From: Octopus vulgaris
Taxonomy: Eukaryota
Assembly: GCA_951406725.2 (NCBI GenBank)
Contig: OX597819.1
Location: forward strand, 37,386,001-37,450,000
Length of the DNA stretch: 64,000 nucleotides
Direction: 5' to 3'
Positions 13,294-26,772 of this stretch are shown in pieces (the stretch's first letter is position 1; each line of letters opens with the position of its first letter). Position numbers and translations under genes: made by a program. Under the pieces are notes generated by a model. That model was not told the DNA's origin. It worked only from the letters and a program-made list of their open reading frames with translations, and did no database searches.

Positions 13294-14835
13294 TTCCCCC
13301 CCACACACTTTTTTCTATTCGGAAACTCGCCTCGAGTTAATTAAAAGATATGAAACACCGTAGAGGAAAAGAATTCTAATAAAAATATCTCAAAAACTGA
13401 TAATCATGAATTTTTATATTTGTCAATTTGTATTATTTTATTTACTTTCAGTTTGTTTCACTTTGTTGTCGTCATTCTACATGTTCAAGGATTGGTTTGT
13501 ATCATGGACTAAAAAGCCAATGCATCCTTTGTCGTCTTTAAGACACAATGGCAAGTGATTTGACGAAGATTAGGTTGCTATTTTAAAAATTTTCTAATGA
13601 TTGTGCAGTGGCTCTCCGTTTTCGTTTGGCTGTTGCAGTTGTTATTTATCCCCCAAATAGTCTTCGATCGAACATACATATGATGAAATGCATTCCTGAT
13701 GTAACCATCCTGTCGCTTTCCTAAGCACAATACACGGAGAGTCACATGATCCAATGTGTTCATCTTTTCCAGGCAGCAGAGTGTAAACTTGGGAAAGATG
13801 TGGTTACTATTTGTAGATGCCCAAGATTCAAAATTATTGAAAATGTTATATCTGAGTTAGAAAAGTGAAAGTTTAACATGAAGCATATATATATAAAAAG
13901 ACGAAAGCATTGATTTATGCATATATGTAAATTATGCTATTGGATTAGTGTGGAAGCGACATCAAATTTATTATAATGTCATTTGTAGATAGTGGGGATT
14001 GGTGTCGCTTTCTTCGCGAAATATGAACAGACATACGGAAATTTAAAAAATTAAAAGCCCAAGAAAAGTAATATTAAAATAATAAATATTTGTGTCAGTT
14101 ATTCAAAGAATATAGGCTGTGGAGCTACATCAAATCTTCATCATATTACAATTCCAGCTTAAAATTACATCGAGATTTTGTAATATGTGGCGCTGCTGAA
14201 GAAATACCAAGAGAAAAAGGCTTGTTTTTGTTTATTATTTACTGATAGTTTATCTAATCTAGAATTATTTTAATCAAGAAAAAGAGATTATGTTCAAGAT
14301 TGAAAAGAAACTATTGAAAGCTGATAACCATATATTTGAAAATAATAAGCAAATAACAATGATTTGGATGTCCGGTCACAATGTGACTCTCCGTGTATTG
14401 TGCCTAGGAAAGGGACGGGATGGTTACATCAGGAATGCTTTTCGTCATATGTACGTTCGATCGAGGACTATTTGGGGGATAAATAGCAACTGCAACAGCC
14501 AAGCGAAAACGGAGAGCCACTACACAATCATTAGAAAATGTATAAAATAGCAACCAGATCTTCATCAAATCACTTGCCATTGTGTCTTAAAGACGACAAA
14601 GGATGAATTGGCTTTGTAGTCCATGATAGAAACCAATCTTTGAACATATAAAATGGCGACAACAAAGTGAAACAAACTGAAAGTAAATAAAATAATACAA
14701 CTTGACAAATATAAGAATTCGTGGTTATCAGTTTTTGAGATATTTTTATTAGAATTCTTTTCACCTACGGTGTTTCATATCTTTTAATTAACTCGAGGTG
14801 AGTTTTCGATTTAAAAAAGTGGGGGTGGGGGGGAA
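13294..14835. repeat. ~455-bp inverted repeat (13294-13747 / 14381-14835) around a 633-bp spacer containing an RNase H remnant
   Basis: Arms align in reverse complement with scattered substitutions; spacer encodes LLFTDSLSNLE and KQITMIWMSGH. Confidence 0.85.
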
Positions 14836-15239
14836 TTATGGGAAAGATAACAACAGATGAATTAGCAAAAATGATCCTGCAAAAAGCTTAATAGCTATAA
14901 ATTTCATTCAAGATGACAGGCGAACAAGTTTTTGCCAGCAGCAAATTATCAGATTGTACAACTGACGAGCCACTGCTGGTGAAACTTCATCTTGCATTTT
15001 TGGTTGAATAAAAAGTATTTAGACTCTAAATCTGTACTTACTCTTACATCCGTTTATGTTTCCCAGTGTTGTTAAAGTCAACTGGTAAATGCTCTCCCAA
15101 TAAGGAGTTCAATTGAAATCAATTCCAACTAAAATCATTAAATAAAAACCATAAAAACCAGCCAAGAGTAAAAATAATCGACAAGAATCAGAAGGTAAAT
15201 TATCAAACTCCAATCTTCCATTGTCTTGACCATAATTAT

Positions 15240-15618
15240 CTATTTCTTTACTACCTACAAGGGGCTAAACACAGAAGGGACAAACAAGGATAGACAAACG
15301 GATTAAGTCGATTACATCGACCCCAGTGCGTAACTGGTACTTAATTTATCGACCTCGAAAGGATGAAAGGCAAAGTCGACCTCAGCGGTATTTGAACACA
15401 GAACGTAGCAGCAGACGAAATACCTATTTCTTTACTACCCACAAGGGGCTACACACAGAGGGGACAAACAAGGACAGACAAACGAATTAAGTCGATTACA
15501 TCGACCCCAGTGCGTAACTGGTACTTAATTTATCGACCCCGAAAGGATGAAAGGCAAAGTTGACCTCGGCGGAATTTGAACTCAGAACGTAACGGCAGAC
15601 GAAATACGGCTACGCATC
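15240..15618 (-). mobile_element. Tandem dimer of SINE family 2
   Basis: Same unit and same junction as 10410-10805. Confidence 0.88.
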
Positions 15619-15736
15619 TTATAAAACTGCTCAGTTATGAAAGGATATAAATAAACAAAGATGTTACTGATTGAGAATAAGTCTTATTCTTCTAAAGAGA
15701 GGAACAAGATCAAGTTGTAAGGAACCATGTTTATAT

Positions 15737-16200
15737 AATAATAGAAATATCATTATTTGTAATTCTCTCTAAAGGAGACTACGGCAGCGGTACTGGATAT
15801 TAATAGTTGGAGCTAATCAACGGCATCATTCGTCCTATTTTTCTGGACCGCTGCCGTAGTCTCCTTTAGAGAGAACTAGAAATAATGATATTTCTATTTT
15901 TGAAAACCAGTGGATGTATTCCACTGAATTTAGGTAAATAATCCTTCGAACAGTCAGTCAGCAACGACGCCTGCTGGGTTCGGCTACTCCACATTGATAA
16001 GAGGCAGACACCTCGAAAGTAGTCTATGGATGCTAGACCAGCAAGGGGAAGCTGCTGACCTCTCCTGTTCGAAGGTTATAATGGACACAGGTTTGTGTGT
16101 CACATAGCTAGCTAGAGGCGATGGCCTCTTGGAGCTAATCAACGGCAGCATTCGTCCTATTTTTCTGGACTGCCATGTTAGCTTGGCGATAACTATTAAT
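15737..16200 (+). mobile_element. Retrozyme-like element, subfamily B, with inverted head and 14-bp TSD
   Basis: TSD aaccatgtttatat at 15723-15736 and 16201-16214; 15739-15792 inverted relative to 15847-15898; 15807-15848 repeated directly at 16129-16170. Confidence 0.8.
15988..16030 (+). ncRNA. Type I hammerhead ribozyme motif, U3-A8 variant
   Basis: tccaca-TTGATAA-gagg(cagaca)cctc-GAAA-GTAG-TC-tatgga, at the apex of the long stem ccttcgaacag...ctgttcgaagg. Confidence 0.7.
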
Positions 16201-16263
16201 AACCATGTTTATATTCTAGTAGAAACTATTCAAAACCTTGATGGCGTTATGTACATTTTCAAT

Positions 16264-16477
16264 AAGGCAACGAGCTGACAGAATCGCTAGCACGTCGGAC
16301 AAAATGCTTAGAGGTATTTCGTTCGTGTTTATGTTCTGAGCTCAAATTCTGCCGAGGTCGACTTTGCCTTTCTTTCGAAGTCGATAAAATAAGTACAAGT
16401 TACGCACCGGGGTTGAAGTAATCGACTAGCCCCTCCCCTCAAAATTTCAGGCCTTGTACCGAGAGTAGAAAAGATTA
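16264..16477 (+). mobile_element. SINE family 2 variant (CORE/MIR-like)
   Basis: aaggcaacgagctgacagaatcg...gagctcaaattctgccgaggtcgactttgcc. Confidence 0.8.
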
Positions 16478-16478
16478 T

Positions 16479-16891
16479 ACTCTTTACTCTTTTACTTGTT
16501 TCAGTCATTTGACTGTGGCCATGCTGGAGCACCACCTTTAGTCGAGCAAATCGACCCCAGTACTTATTCTTTGTAAGCCCAGTACTTATTCTATCGGTCT
16601 CTTTTGCCGAACCACTAAGTTACGGGGACGTAAACACACCAGCATCAGTTGTCAAGCGATGTTGGGAGGACAAGCACAGACACACAAACACATACTCACA
16701 CATACATATATATACATATATACGACGGGCTTCTTTCAGTTTCCGTCTACCAAATCCACTCACAAGGCTTTGGTCGGCCCGAGGCTATAGTAGAAGACAC
16801 TTGCCCAAGGTGTCACGTAGTGGGACTGCACCCTGAACCATGTGGTCAGTAAGCAAGCTACTTACCACACAGCCACTCCCACAGCCACTCC
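16479..16891 (-). mobile_element. SINE family 1
   Basis: Reverse complement of 7183-7637; short duplication of cacagccactcc at the head. Confidence 0.9.
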
Positions 16892-17166
16892 ATTATGTAT
16901 ATTTTCAATGATCGAATTAGGAGAGATAAGAAACATTTAAAGTCGATTGTGAAAAGATTACCAGTGTTAACGATAAAATTAATTTTCAGTATCTACCAAC
17001 CATTAACAAAATTTTTCAATCCAAATAAATTATCATAGAAAGAACAACAAAAATTAAACAGATATTTAAAGGAAACATATTAAAATATTTTTATTTGTTT
17101 GTCTTGTTTATTTTATAAAATCGTATTTTATCAAGGCTCTCATGCTCGATACGAACATTTAGATTA

Positions 17167-17389
17167 CAGTATCCCTCGCCATATCATGGTTCACTTATCG
17201 CGGTTTATGATTTAAGTTTACGCCGATTCCTCTGAGGTGTTGTTTTGCATTTATAATAAAATAAATATATACAACTTATAAAAATTACTTTTTAAAAAAT
17301 GACAGTACAGTACTGTTTCTACTTTGCGAATTTTCACCTACAGTGGGAGGCTTTGGAACGTAGCGCCCGCGATAGACGAAGGATTACTG
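17167..17389. mobile_element. Tigger/pogo-like MITE
   Basis: TA-cagtatccctcg...cgaaggattactg-TA. Confidence 0.6.
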
Positions 17390-17566
17390 TATATATAATT
17401 TATCTTCTGTCTTTTACGTGTTTTACTCATTAGACAGCGTACAAGCTGGAGCACCAACTTGATGAATTTTGCCGCCAGTACATTTTTTTAAGCCTCATAT
17501 CTATTCTATCGGTGTCTTTGCTGAAGCGCTAGCTAACGGGAATGTAAACACACACTTCAACACTAG

Positions 17567-17684
<118 letters not shown>

Positions 17685-17981
17685 AAACCATTTGATTTAT
17701 ACTTATCAGATTTTCAGAAAAGCTGTCTTTGCATAAATCGGAATTTCTCGAGTTTTTTGGGTGGGGGGTCGGGATTTTCCACATTCCAAAACACTCGCAG
17801 GTGGATTTTTTTAATCCTTGCTTTTCTAAACGTCTAACCATTCCTACATCGTTCGCTCGGAATACAAGCCACCACATTTTATTGTATTTTTCTTCAATGT
17901 TATAACATCCTACACCCCGAAACACCCGCAATACACACTTCTAGTGAAAACTTGCGTACTTCCACCTCTTCATTTTTATCT

Positions 17982-18012
<31 letters not shown>

Positions 18013-18784
18013 CAATTAGATTTTTGCATATCTTATACATAAATGACAATTTCTGTCTGTTACCCTCTTGCTCCCTAGACAACGAACCAATCTTCACGAA
18101 ACTTTGCATACATGTTTAAACTAATATCCAGTTCAATTATAGGCTAACTGGATTTCAATAACCATCGAAAATAGGCCCCCTACGGGGCTGGGCTATATGA
18201 TAAGATGAGAAGGGTGCAAAGAGTATTAGGTTGAGAGTAATGTGGTGGCATAATGAGGGTGGCTGATATCAGGGAAGGGGAGGAGACAAGAAGAGACAGA
18301 GAGACAAGGAATGTGACAGAGAGAGAGAGAGGATGAGAGACAGGGACAGAGCGGAAGAGAGAGAATGTGTTTACTGAAGAGAACGGCGAATTTTAATAGT
18401 TTTCTCTTTAATTTTTACCTATCAGTGAACAAATTCGCCTTAGTGAATTAACTGTCATGTGCTCAGTCAAAACGTTTACAGTATGTCTCATAACAAATGT
18501 AAAACTAATAAATGAATGGTAAAGTGTTTTTATATTTGTTTTCAAATCACCGTATTAAGATTTATATGTATCATAAACATTAACCCCAAAAAAGGAGCTA
18601 TTGGTTAAAACCACATCATGATACATGGGATCTTTTTCGAAACTTTTTTCTATTACTGAAACGAATAATAAATGAATATAAAAATTTCTATTCAAACTTT
18701 TTTCCATTACACTCAAGTAAAAAAAATTATTTATGAATTTCTTTCTCTTCGAAAGTCTTCTCCCCATTCCCTCGGAAAAAGTTT

Positions 18785-19213
18785 GGATCTTTCCGGTTTG
18801 AACGGCAGTTTTAAATATAATTTCTAGGTAACTAAAAAATTTTAAACTTCGTATACTGGTAGAATGTGTTTATAAAACATCTTTTTCTCTTGGCTTTATT
18901 GAGAAAATTCTATAGCTTGTAAGATATTTGTTGTTGTTTTTTCTTCAATTTCTGCAATTTCAACCAATCACTGATGTCTATTGAGGTAAAAAAGACATTT
19001 TGTGCCGTATGAATATGTCCCTCGTTTAAGAAACAGATTGGGTTTATTTACATTTGTGAAGAAAAAAAGATACCCTTCCCCCCACCCCTAACACTAACCC
19101 TAACCCTAAAACAGATTGAAATGCAATATATCGATACTAGGCTCATAATTATGGGTGACAATTTCATATGGCACCTCTAGAAAAAAAAACCGCCGTTCAA
19201 ACCGAAAAGATTC
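18785..19213 (+). mobile_element. Merlin-like MITE with internal (CCCTAA)n
   Basis: TIRs ggatctttccggtttgaacggc / gccgttcaaaccgaaaagattc; 8-bp TSD aaaagttt. Confidence 0.85.
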
Positions 19214-19687
19214 AAAAGTTTTTCCCCACAAATTTCTTTATAATCGGTTCGCTGGCGCAAATTTTTGTTCTTATATTCGTTTAATACACATTTTTTTTAC
19301 AGCTATTACACTTGTATTTTTTTTTCTTTTGTTTTGGTGGCCGAGTGTTAAAGTAAACATTAACCGATTTATTAATACTTTACCAACGTACTGAAGTAAT
19401 AAAGCTATAGATAATGTCTTTCATTTTGTTCCATAGCTAAAACTGTTCCATTGCTATCATAAATTGAAAAATAACACACAACTCAAACTAGAAGACGTAA
19501 GAATATAAAATTATTCAGAGGAGTTTTTCATTTACATTGCACCGTCAATACGACTGATATGGAATTTTACATCATCTCAAGATTCTAATGGTTCCGAAAA
19601 ATATTCAGTTCCATCTTCCAATTTTCAAAATAACCGTAGAATTTTCCACGGTTACTACTACTACTACTACTAATAATAATGATGATG

Positions 19688-20172
<485 letters not shown>

Positions 20173-20174
20173 GC

Positions 20175-20325
<151 letters not shown>

Positions 20326-20527
20326 TATCTATTTATATTCACTTATACATATTGTACTTAGTGTATCATATTACTCATTGATGTGCATTGTTTTGTTCTA
20401 TACTATTATGTTTGACCTTGATGTTCATATGTAGTGGTTTAATAAATTATGTGATTGGGTATTATCTGGTAGTTGATTATTGATTAAGGTGTATTTCTCC
20501 ATTTTCTTATTTTGTATATATATATAT

Positions 20528-21139
20528 CCCAGCTGAATAGCCCGTCGTTGACGGGCAATTTTTACAATAGAATGTCTTATATAAATTTTTGTTTATTCCA
20601 TGTCAGACCATGCCTTCCCCGACAGATAGGCCCCCTGATCAGGACAGGTTCGTGCAATTTTTCGCAAAAAATCTTCGTTGACAATCTATTTCCTTTTACA
20701 ATTATTTACATGTTTGTTCGACCGTTTCACGTGACTTTTTTTTTTTTTTCATTAAAACGTATTAAAACTTCAAAAGTTTTTACATCTTTGATCGTCGTAA
20801 TGCTTTGCTTTCGTATGTTTAACACAAATTCCTCCTCGTAATGATTTTGCTTTCATTTTGTGATAGATAGCTATCGTGCAGAAAATGTCAGCTTCCAAAT
20901 CCTGTTTTCTGATTAAGTAAAACTGATTAAACTTAAGAAACCCCAGGAACATTTTACTGCAATTTTTCTGGAACAAATAAATAACAAAATCGGTTTTAAC
21001 GTGGAAAGTTATTTCAATATACCAAATTTGAACATTTTGACGCAATTTTAAAACTTCACAGCAACAGGGACGACTCTACAAAAGCAGAACGGGAACTGAA
21101 AATAACCCCTGTTTTCCGGATATTACTGGGTAATTCAGC

Positions 21140-21143
<4 letters not shown>
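20528..21143. mobile_element. Helitron-like 3' ends in opposite orientations
   Basis: Minus: gcccgtcaacgacgggc hairpin then tattcagctg. Plus: ...tactgggtaattcagCTAGt. Confidence 0.45.
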
Positions 21144-21186
<43 letters not shown>

Positions 21187-21230
21187 CACACACATTCATA
21201 CATACATACATACATACATACATACATACA

Positions 21231-21352
<122 letters not shown>

Positions 21353-21914
21353 GGTGGAGTGAAAAAGGTACTTTTTACACAGATATTCGAAATATGTTTT
21401 TTCAAGAAGATATTTTTTATTGTGAAATAAGAACAACTGTATTAAAATCTGAAGTTCTTAAATTTACATCTTCAAGCTCCGCAACCCACTTGAAATTTTG
21501 AATAATGAGCGAAAATACAATTATAACACGTTTGCCGTTCCTCATTTTATTTTTACATTCATTTCTACGGATTGATTCTCTTTTGCCAAATCTTTTACAA
21601 ACAAGAATGTTGAAATCTCAAGCTCTAAAATTTCTTCAGGCTCCGCATTGCACTTAAAATTTCTTCAGGCTCCGCAATTGCACTCAAAATTTCGAAATAA
21701 TGTGAAATGAATAGGCTTTCCAACTTTATTTTCTTTATTATTTTTAATACTAGGTCAGCGAATATGTGTGTTACATGAGGTCTAGATTACACACACATTA
21801 AAATAACTTAAACAAATTGTCAAGATTGTAGCAGAAAAGATCATTCTTCTTTGGCAAAAAGCATCTGTCCCTTGTGTTACGATTGAGTCAGTTGAACCGA
21901 AGATCTTAAACTTT

Positions 21915-23050
21915 CCTTTGCTGACGTAGAAGGATGACTGTGATCTGGCCGATTTTATGAATCAACCTCTGAATGTTCCGTTTAGATACTGCTTTATCTA
22001 TTCCGCCAATGATCATTTTTCGATTTGTCCGTTGATCCTGTAAAAAATCTTGTTCTCTCAGTGGTACCTTTTTTTGTCTCTACTACAACTGCAGTTTTTA
22101 AAGGAGTTGCACTTCCAACAAGAAATATCAAATAAATCTTTTGTTGCATTGTTTTTACGCACATTACACTTTGAGACGATGGCACATTGTTTCTATTTTT
22201 CACAGATTTTAGTCATGCTTGGTGTTTTAGATAAAAGTTTAAGATTTTCGGTTTAACTGACTCAATCGTAACACAAGGGATGGATGCCTTTTGCCAAAGA
22301 AGAATGATCTTTTCTGCTTCAATTTTGACAATTTGTTTATTTGAAGGATCTTTCTTAACTACATTCTGTTCTTTTTCTCGTTCAAATAAAACGCATTTTA
22401 GCACGTACTTGTAAGTTGGCAAAACTCTCCCGCTAAGATCACACGGTGTACCAAATATTGGGCATTAAATACCATGACGCGTTATAGGTTTATGAGTCAT
22501 CACTAAATGTAAGCAACACTAAATTTAACACTATCATTAATTTTAATACAATGGCCTAAAGTCAAGGTACAAAGCAGAAAACTTCACACAAGTACGACGT
22601 ACATCTACACTCAACGACCGTTGCAACGGCACTGGAGAGACGTTCACACTCCCTTTCTCTTTATAGTCAATGCGGAACTTCAAAATATCTGTCACTTGTA
22701 CTGAAACTTGGTATACAAACTCTTAAGGTTACTATATTTACTGTTTTACATTCTGCTATGTAGACATATGTATTCGTTACGACTTATAAACCATGAAATC
22801 CAAAATTCGACCAAAAATAGCGATTTTTTAAAATTTCCAGTTGCGTTGCGAAGCCTGAAAAGATATTCAGCTGCAAAGTTCTTTATACACCTTTCTTTTA
22901 ACTCTAATTCGCCAAGAGCAACGCTCTTGTGTTCTCATATTTGTAGATTATTGAAAATGGTCTTTGAGTAACAATATAACTTTTTCTCTGTGTATCGTAC
23001 GATTTTTAAACACCCCAATGTCTCCATGTAAAAAAAAATTGTCAGTGCAG
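21915..23050 (-). mobile_element. Decayed DNA transposon 5' region (possibly hAT-related; superfamily uncertain)
   Basis: KIILLWQKASIPCV and DLFDISCWKCNSFKNCSC..VPLREQDFLQDQRTNRKMIIGGID across frameshifts. Confidence 0.55.
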
Positions 23051-23051
23051 T

Positions 23052-23285
23052 ATCTTTACTATTTTACTCTTTTACTTGTTTCAGTCATTTGACTGCTGCC
23101 ATGCTGGAGCACCGCCTTTTAGTCGAGCAAATCGACCTCAGAACTTATTCTTTGGAAGCCTAGTACTTATTCTATCGGTCTCTTTTTGCCGAACCGCTAA
23201 GTTACAGGGACTTAAACATACCAGCATCGGTTGTCAAGTGATGTTGGGGGGACAAACACAGACACACAAACACACACACACACAT

Positions 23286-23332
<47 letters not shown>

Positions 23333-23493
23333 ACAGGCTTCTTTCAGTTTCCGTCTACCAAATCCACTCACAAGGCTTTGGTCGGCCCGAGGCTATAGTA
23401 GAAGACACTTGCCCAAGGTGCCACGCAGTGGGACTGAACCCGGAACCGTGTGGTTGGTAAGCAAGCTACTTACCACACAGCCACTCCTGCGCC
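23052..23493 (-). mobile_element. SINE family 1, full length
   Basis: Reverse complement of 7183-7637. Confidence 0.92.
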
Positions 23494-23544
23494 TATATCG
23501 ATTATTTATCTTATAGATTTATTGCTTCTCCTCAGAGCAATCAA

Positions 23545-24994
23545 TTACCTGTGTGTCTTAAGAGCGACCAAACTTTAAGCAACGAAGCTATGAAAGTATC
23601 AGAAGGAAAAAACCTTTGTCATATTTCTCTCAACTTAAGACATCATTTTAAAAGTGGGAAAACGTTGATCCCGGAATTTCAGAAAGCAACTATGCAGCAG
23701 GATATCGAGATGATTGCGTCGTACAACACTGAGTTACTGGCCGCAAAGGCCGGAAAGTCCCACACAACAGAAAAAACATTACTTCGGTTTGTTATTGAAG
23801 ATATTCCCTTGACTGTAATGCATAAAAAATAAAATAAAATAAAATTATCAAGACGGTTCCACTTAGTAATAACACAATTTCTCGACATATAGATGAAATA
23901 ACCACCCACGTCAAACATCAACGCATCCATAATCTCCGGAGTTCTGAATTTTCCGTACAAGTTGACGAAGCGACAACTGTAGGAAGTTAATGCTTAATGA
24001 TGGTGGATTTTTTTTTTAATGAAAACATTCAAGCATTTGAGATGATATTCACTGATATTCACTGCTTGACTATAAAGGAAAGTCTATTTTAGATTTATTG
24101 AAGCTGTTTTTTAATGAGCATAAGATCCCATTGAACAATATTGTTGCCTGTGCATCTGATAGAACACCTGCTATGGAAGCTAGGTAGATACAGCGGTTTC
24201 GCTTTTCTCTGAAAACTTGAACTTTTGCATCCAGTTTTAACAGTTCTCTGAGTGGCTTACTAGCAGCATTTAGTGTTTAAAAAATATCAACAGCAGGCTT
24301 AGTGATGTACTGCAGTTAGATATTAAAACTGTGAATGAGCTAAAATCGAATTCTTTGTCTAAACGAATTTTTCGTCAACTGTGCCTTGATAATGATGATG
24401 AATCAGACGACGGTTGTCAAAAGGCAACTGTATTGTTTGTTTTGTTACACTGTTTGATACAATAATATTAAAAAAAAAAAAAAAAAAGACTCCACGACCC
24501 ACTTTTCTCATTGCTTCAAAATGTTAAAATGTGATATCTTATCGCTTTAGTGATATATTCACCAAACTAAATGATCTCAGTACGTTATTGCAAGGAAAGC
24601 AAAAAACCCTCATGACCTGTAAATCTCTAAATTAACGCTAATATAAGATGAAAGTTTCAAGACGTCAACTCGGCCAATTTCGAAGGATTGAATTGCTTGA
24701 AAGATGAATTGCTTGATAAAGATATCACTACGTATTGAGATTATTTGCTATCATTGCATGATGACATGGTGCAGCGATCTCAAGGATATCATCACATTTC
24801 CTGTTCCAGTTTGGTATACCAACCCAGTGTCCTACTCGGCAGAAGCTGGTTTCAGCCATGTTAATGCCTTGTTGTCTAAAAGTAAGAATAGGCTGGATAT
24901 AATCAAGCGAAGTAACTTGCAGTTAAAGATGAGTAATTTTAAACCTAATGTGTCTGCTCTAGCTGCGTCACGCCAGACACAGAGGTTGCACTGA
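23545..24994 (+). pseudogene. Decayed hAT (Buster/Charlie-type) transposase
   Basis: LSNEAMK, AKAGKSHT, VPLSNNTISRHIDE, FSVQVDEAT, RIFRQLC, SYSAEAGFSHVNALLSKSKNRLDI across broken frames. Confidence 0.85.
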
Positions 24995-25047
24995 TGATAT
25001 ATATATAAATAGTATGTGTGTACCAAATTATTTGATGTTATTAACTT

Positions 25048-25460
25048 CAGGAGTGGCTGTGTGGTAAGTAGCTTGCTTACCAACCACATGGTTCCGGGTT
25101 CAGTCCCATTGCGTAGCACCTTGGGCAAGTGTCTTCTACTATAGCCTCGAGCCGACCAGATCCTTGTGAGGAGATTTGGTAGACGGAAACTGAAAGAAGC
25201 CTGTCGTATATATGTATATGTATATATATATGTGTGTGTGTGTGTTTGTGTTTGTGTTTGTCCCCCCCCCCCCAACATCGCTTGACAATCGATGCTGGTG
25301 TGTTTACGTCCCCGTAACTTAGTGGTTCGGCAAAAAGGGACCGATAGAATAAGTACTAGGCTTACAAAGAATAAGTCCTGGTGTCGATTTGCTCGACTAA
25401 AGGCGGTGCTCCAGCATGGCCGCAGACAAATGACTGAAACAAGTAAAAGACTAAAAAAGA
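25048..25460 (+). mobile_element. SINE family 1
   Basis: High similarity to 7183-7637. Confidence 0.92.
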
Positions 25461-25689
25461 CTGTTTTCAATATAGAACCTTGTAATGCAAAATTGTTCAT
25501 TGTTATTGGTTTATAAGAGTTTAATGTCATACGCAAGACATATACATACATACATACATACATACATACATACATACATACATACATACATACATACATA
25601 CATACATACATACATACATACGTACGTACGTACATACATACAAAATTGCAAAAACCTGTCTTTCATATATACATTTTAATTAATTTAAA

Positions 25690-25906
25690 AGGCGGCGAGC
25701 TGGCAGAACCGTTAGCACGCCGGCGAAATGCGTGGCTGTATTTCGTCTGCCGTTACGTTCTTAGTTCAAATTCCGTCGAGGTCGACTTTGCCTTTCATCC
25801 TTTCGAGGTCGATAAATTAAGTACCAGTTACGCACTGGGGTCGATGTAATCGACTTGATCCATTTGTCCCTCTATGTTTAGCCCCTTGTGGGTAATAAAG
25901 AAACAA
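25690..25906 (+). mobile_element. SINE family 2 (CORE/MIR-like), full length with TSD
   Basis: A box tggcagaaccgttag, B box gttcaaattcc; 17-bp TSD attttaattaatttaaa at 25673-25689 and 25907-25923. Confidence 0.9.
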
Positions 25907-26357
25907 ATTTTAATTAATTTAAACGTCCGCATAAAGCTATATTGAAATAACATGTAAGCGACATCAAATCTTTTGTTGTGACATGGCTTTTTTTATTGTT
26001 TAATTTGATTTTTTTTCCGGAACCATATAAAATTTCTTTCTAGCCAAGCCTTCATTTTTTTTCTTTCTTTTTTTTTTTTTTTTTTGTATGCTCGTTTATT
26101 TAAAAACACAGAGGACACTATTTGAAAGCAAAAAAGAAGCAGGATGTAATTTCTCCATTCAACTTGCCACATCTATCGGTCGTAACATAACAGTAATTTT
26201 AACGTTTCTCGATAATTTCAGTAAATATTGTTCAGTTCCCGGTCAATTTTGCTCCACCACTCGATCTGCTAAAATAGCAAGATTCCTCATACCGTCTTTA
26301 AATTAAAAAAAAAATTTTAAGAAACCCACATAGATAATGAGATCCTAAAGATTATCT

Positions 26358-26772
26358 GAATCTTTTCGGTTTGAACGGCAGTTTTTAGCATAATTTCTAG
26401 GTAACTAAAAAAAATTTAAACTTCGTATACTGGTAGAATGTGTTTATAAAACATCTTTTTCTCTTGGCTTTATTGAGAAAATTCTATAGTTTGTAAGATA
26501 TTTGTTGTTTTTTTCTTCAATTTCTGCAATTTCAACCAATCACTGACGTCTATTGAGGTAAAAAGCATTCTGTGCCGTATGAATATGTCTCTCGTTTAAG
26601 AAACAGATTGAGTTTATTTACATTTGTGAAGAAAAGAAGATACCCTTCCCCCACCCCTAACCCTAACCCTAAAATAGATTGAAATGCAATAGATCGATTC
26701 TAGTGTCATAATTATGGGTGACAATTTCATATGACACCGCTAGAAAAAAACTCGTTCAAACCGAAAAGATCC
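26358..26772 (+). mobile_element. Merlin-like MITE with (CCCTAA)n
   Basis: Same family as 18785-19213; TSD not recognisable. Confidence 0.85.

Noticed and set aside
10410-15618. Repeated ~180-bp units as a CRISPR-like array
   Set aside because: No short repeat/unique spacer structure; eukaryotic SINE dimers
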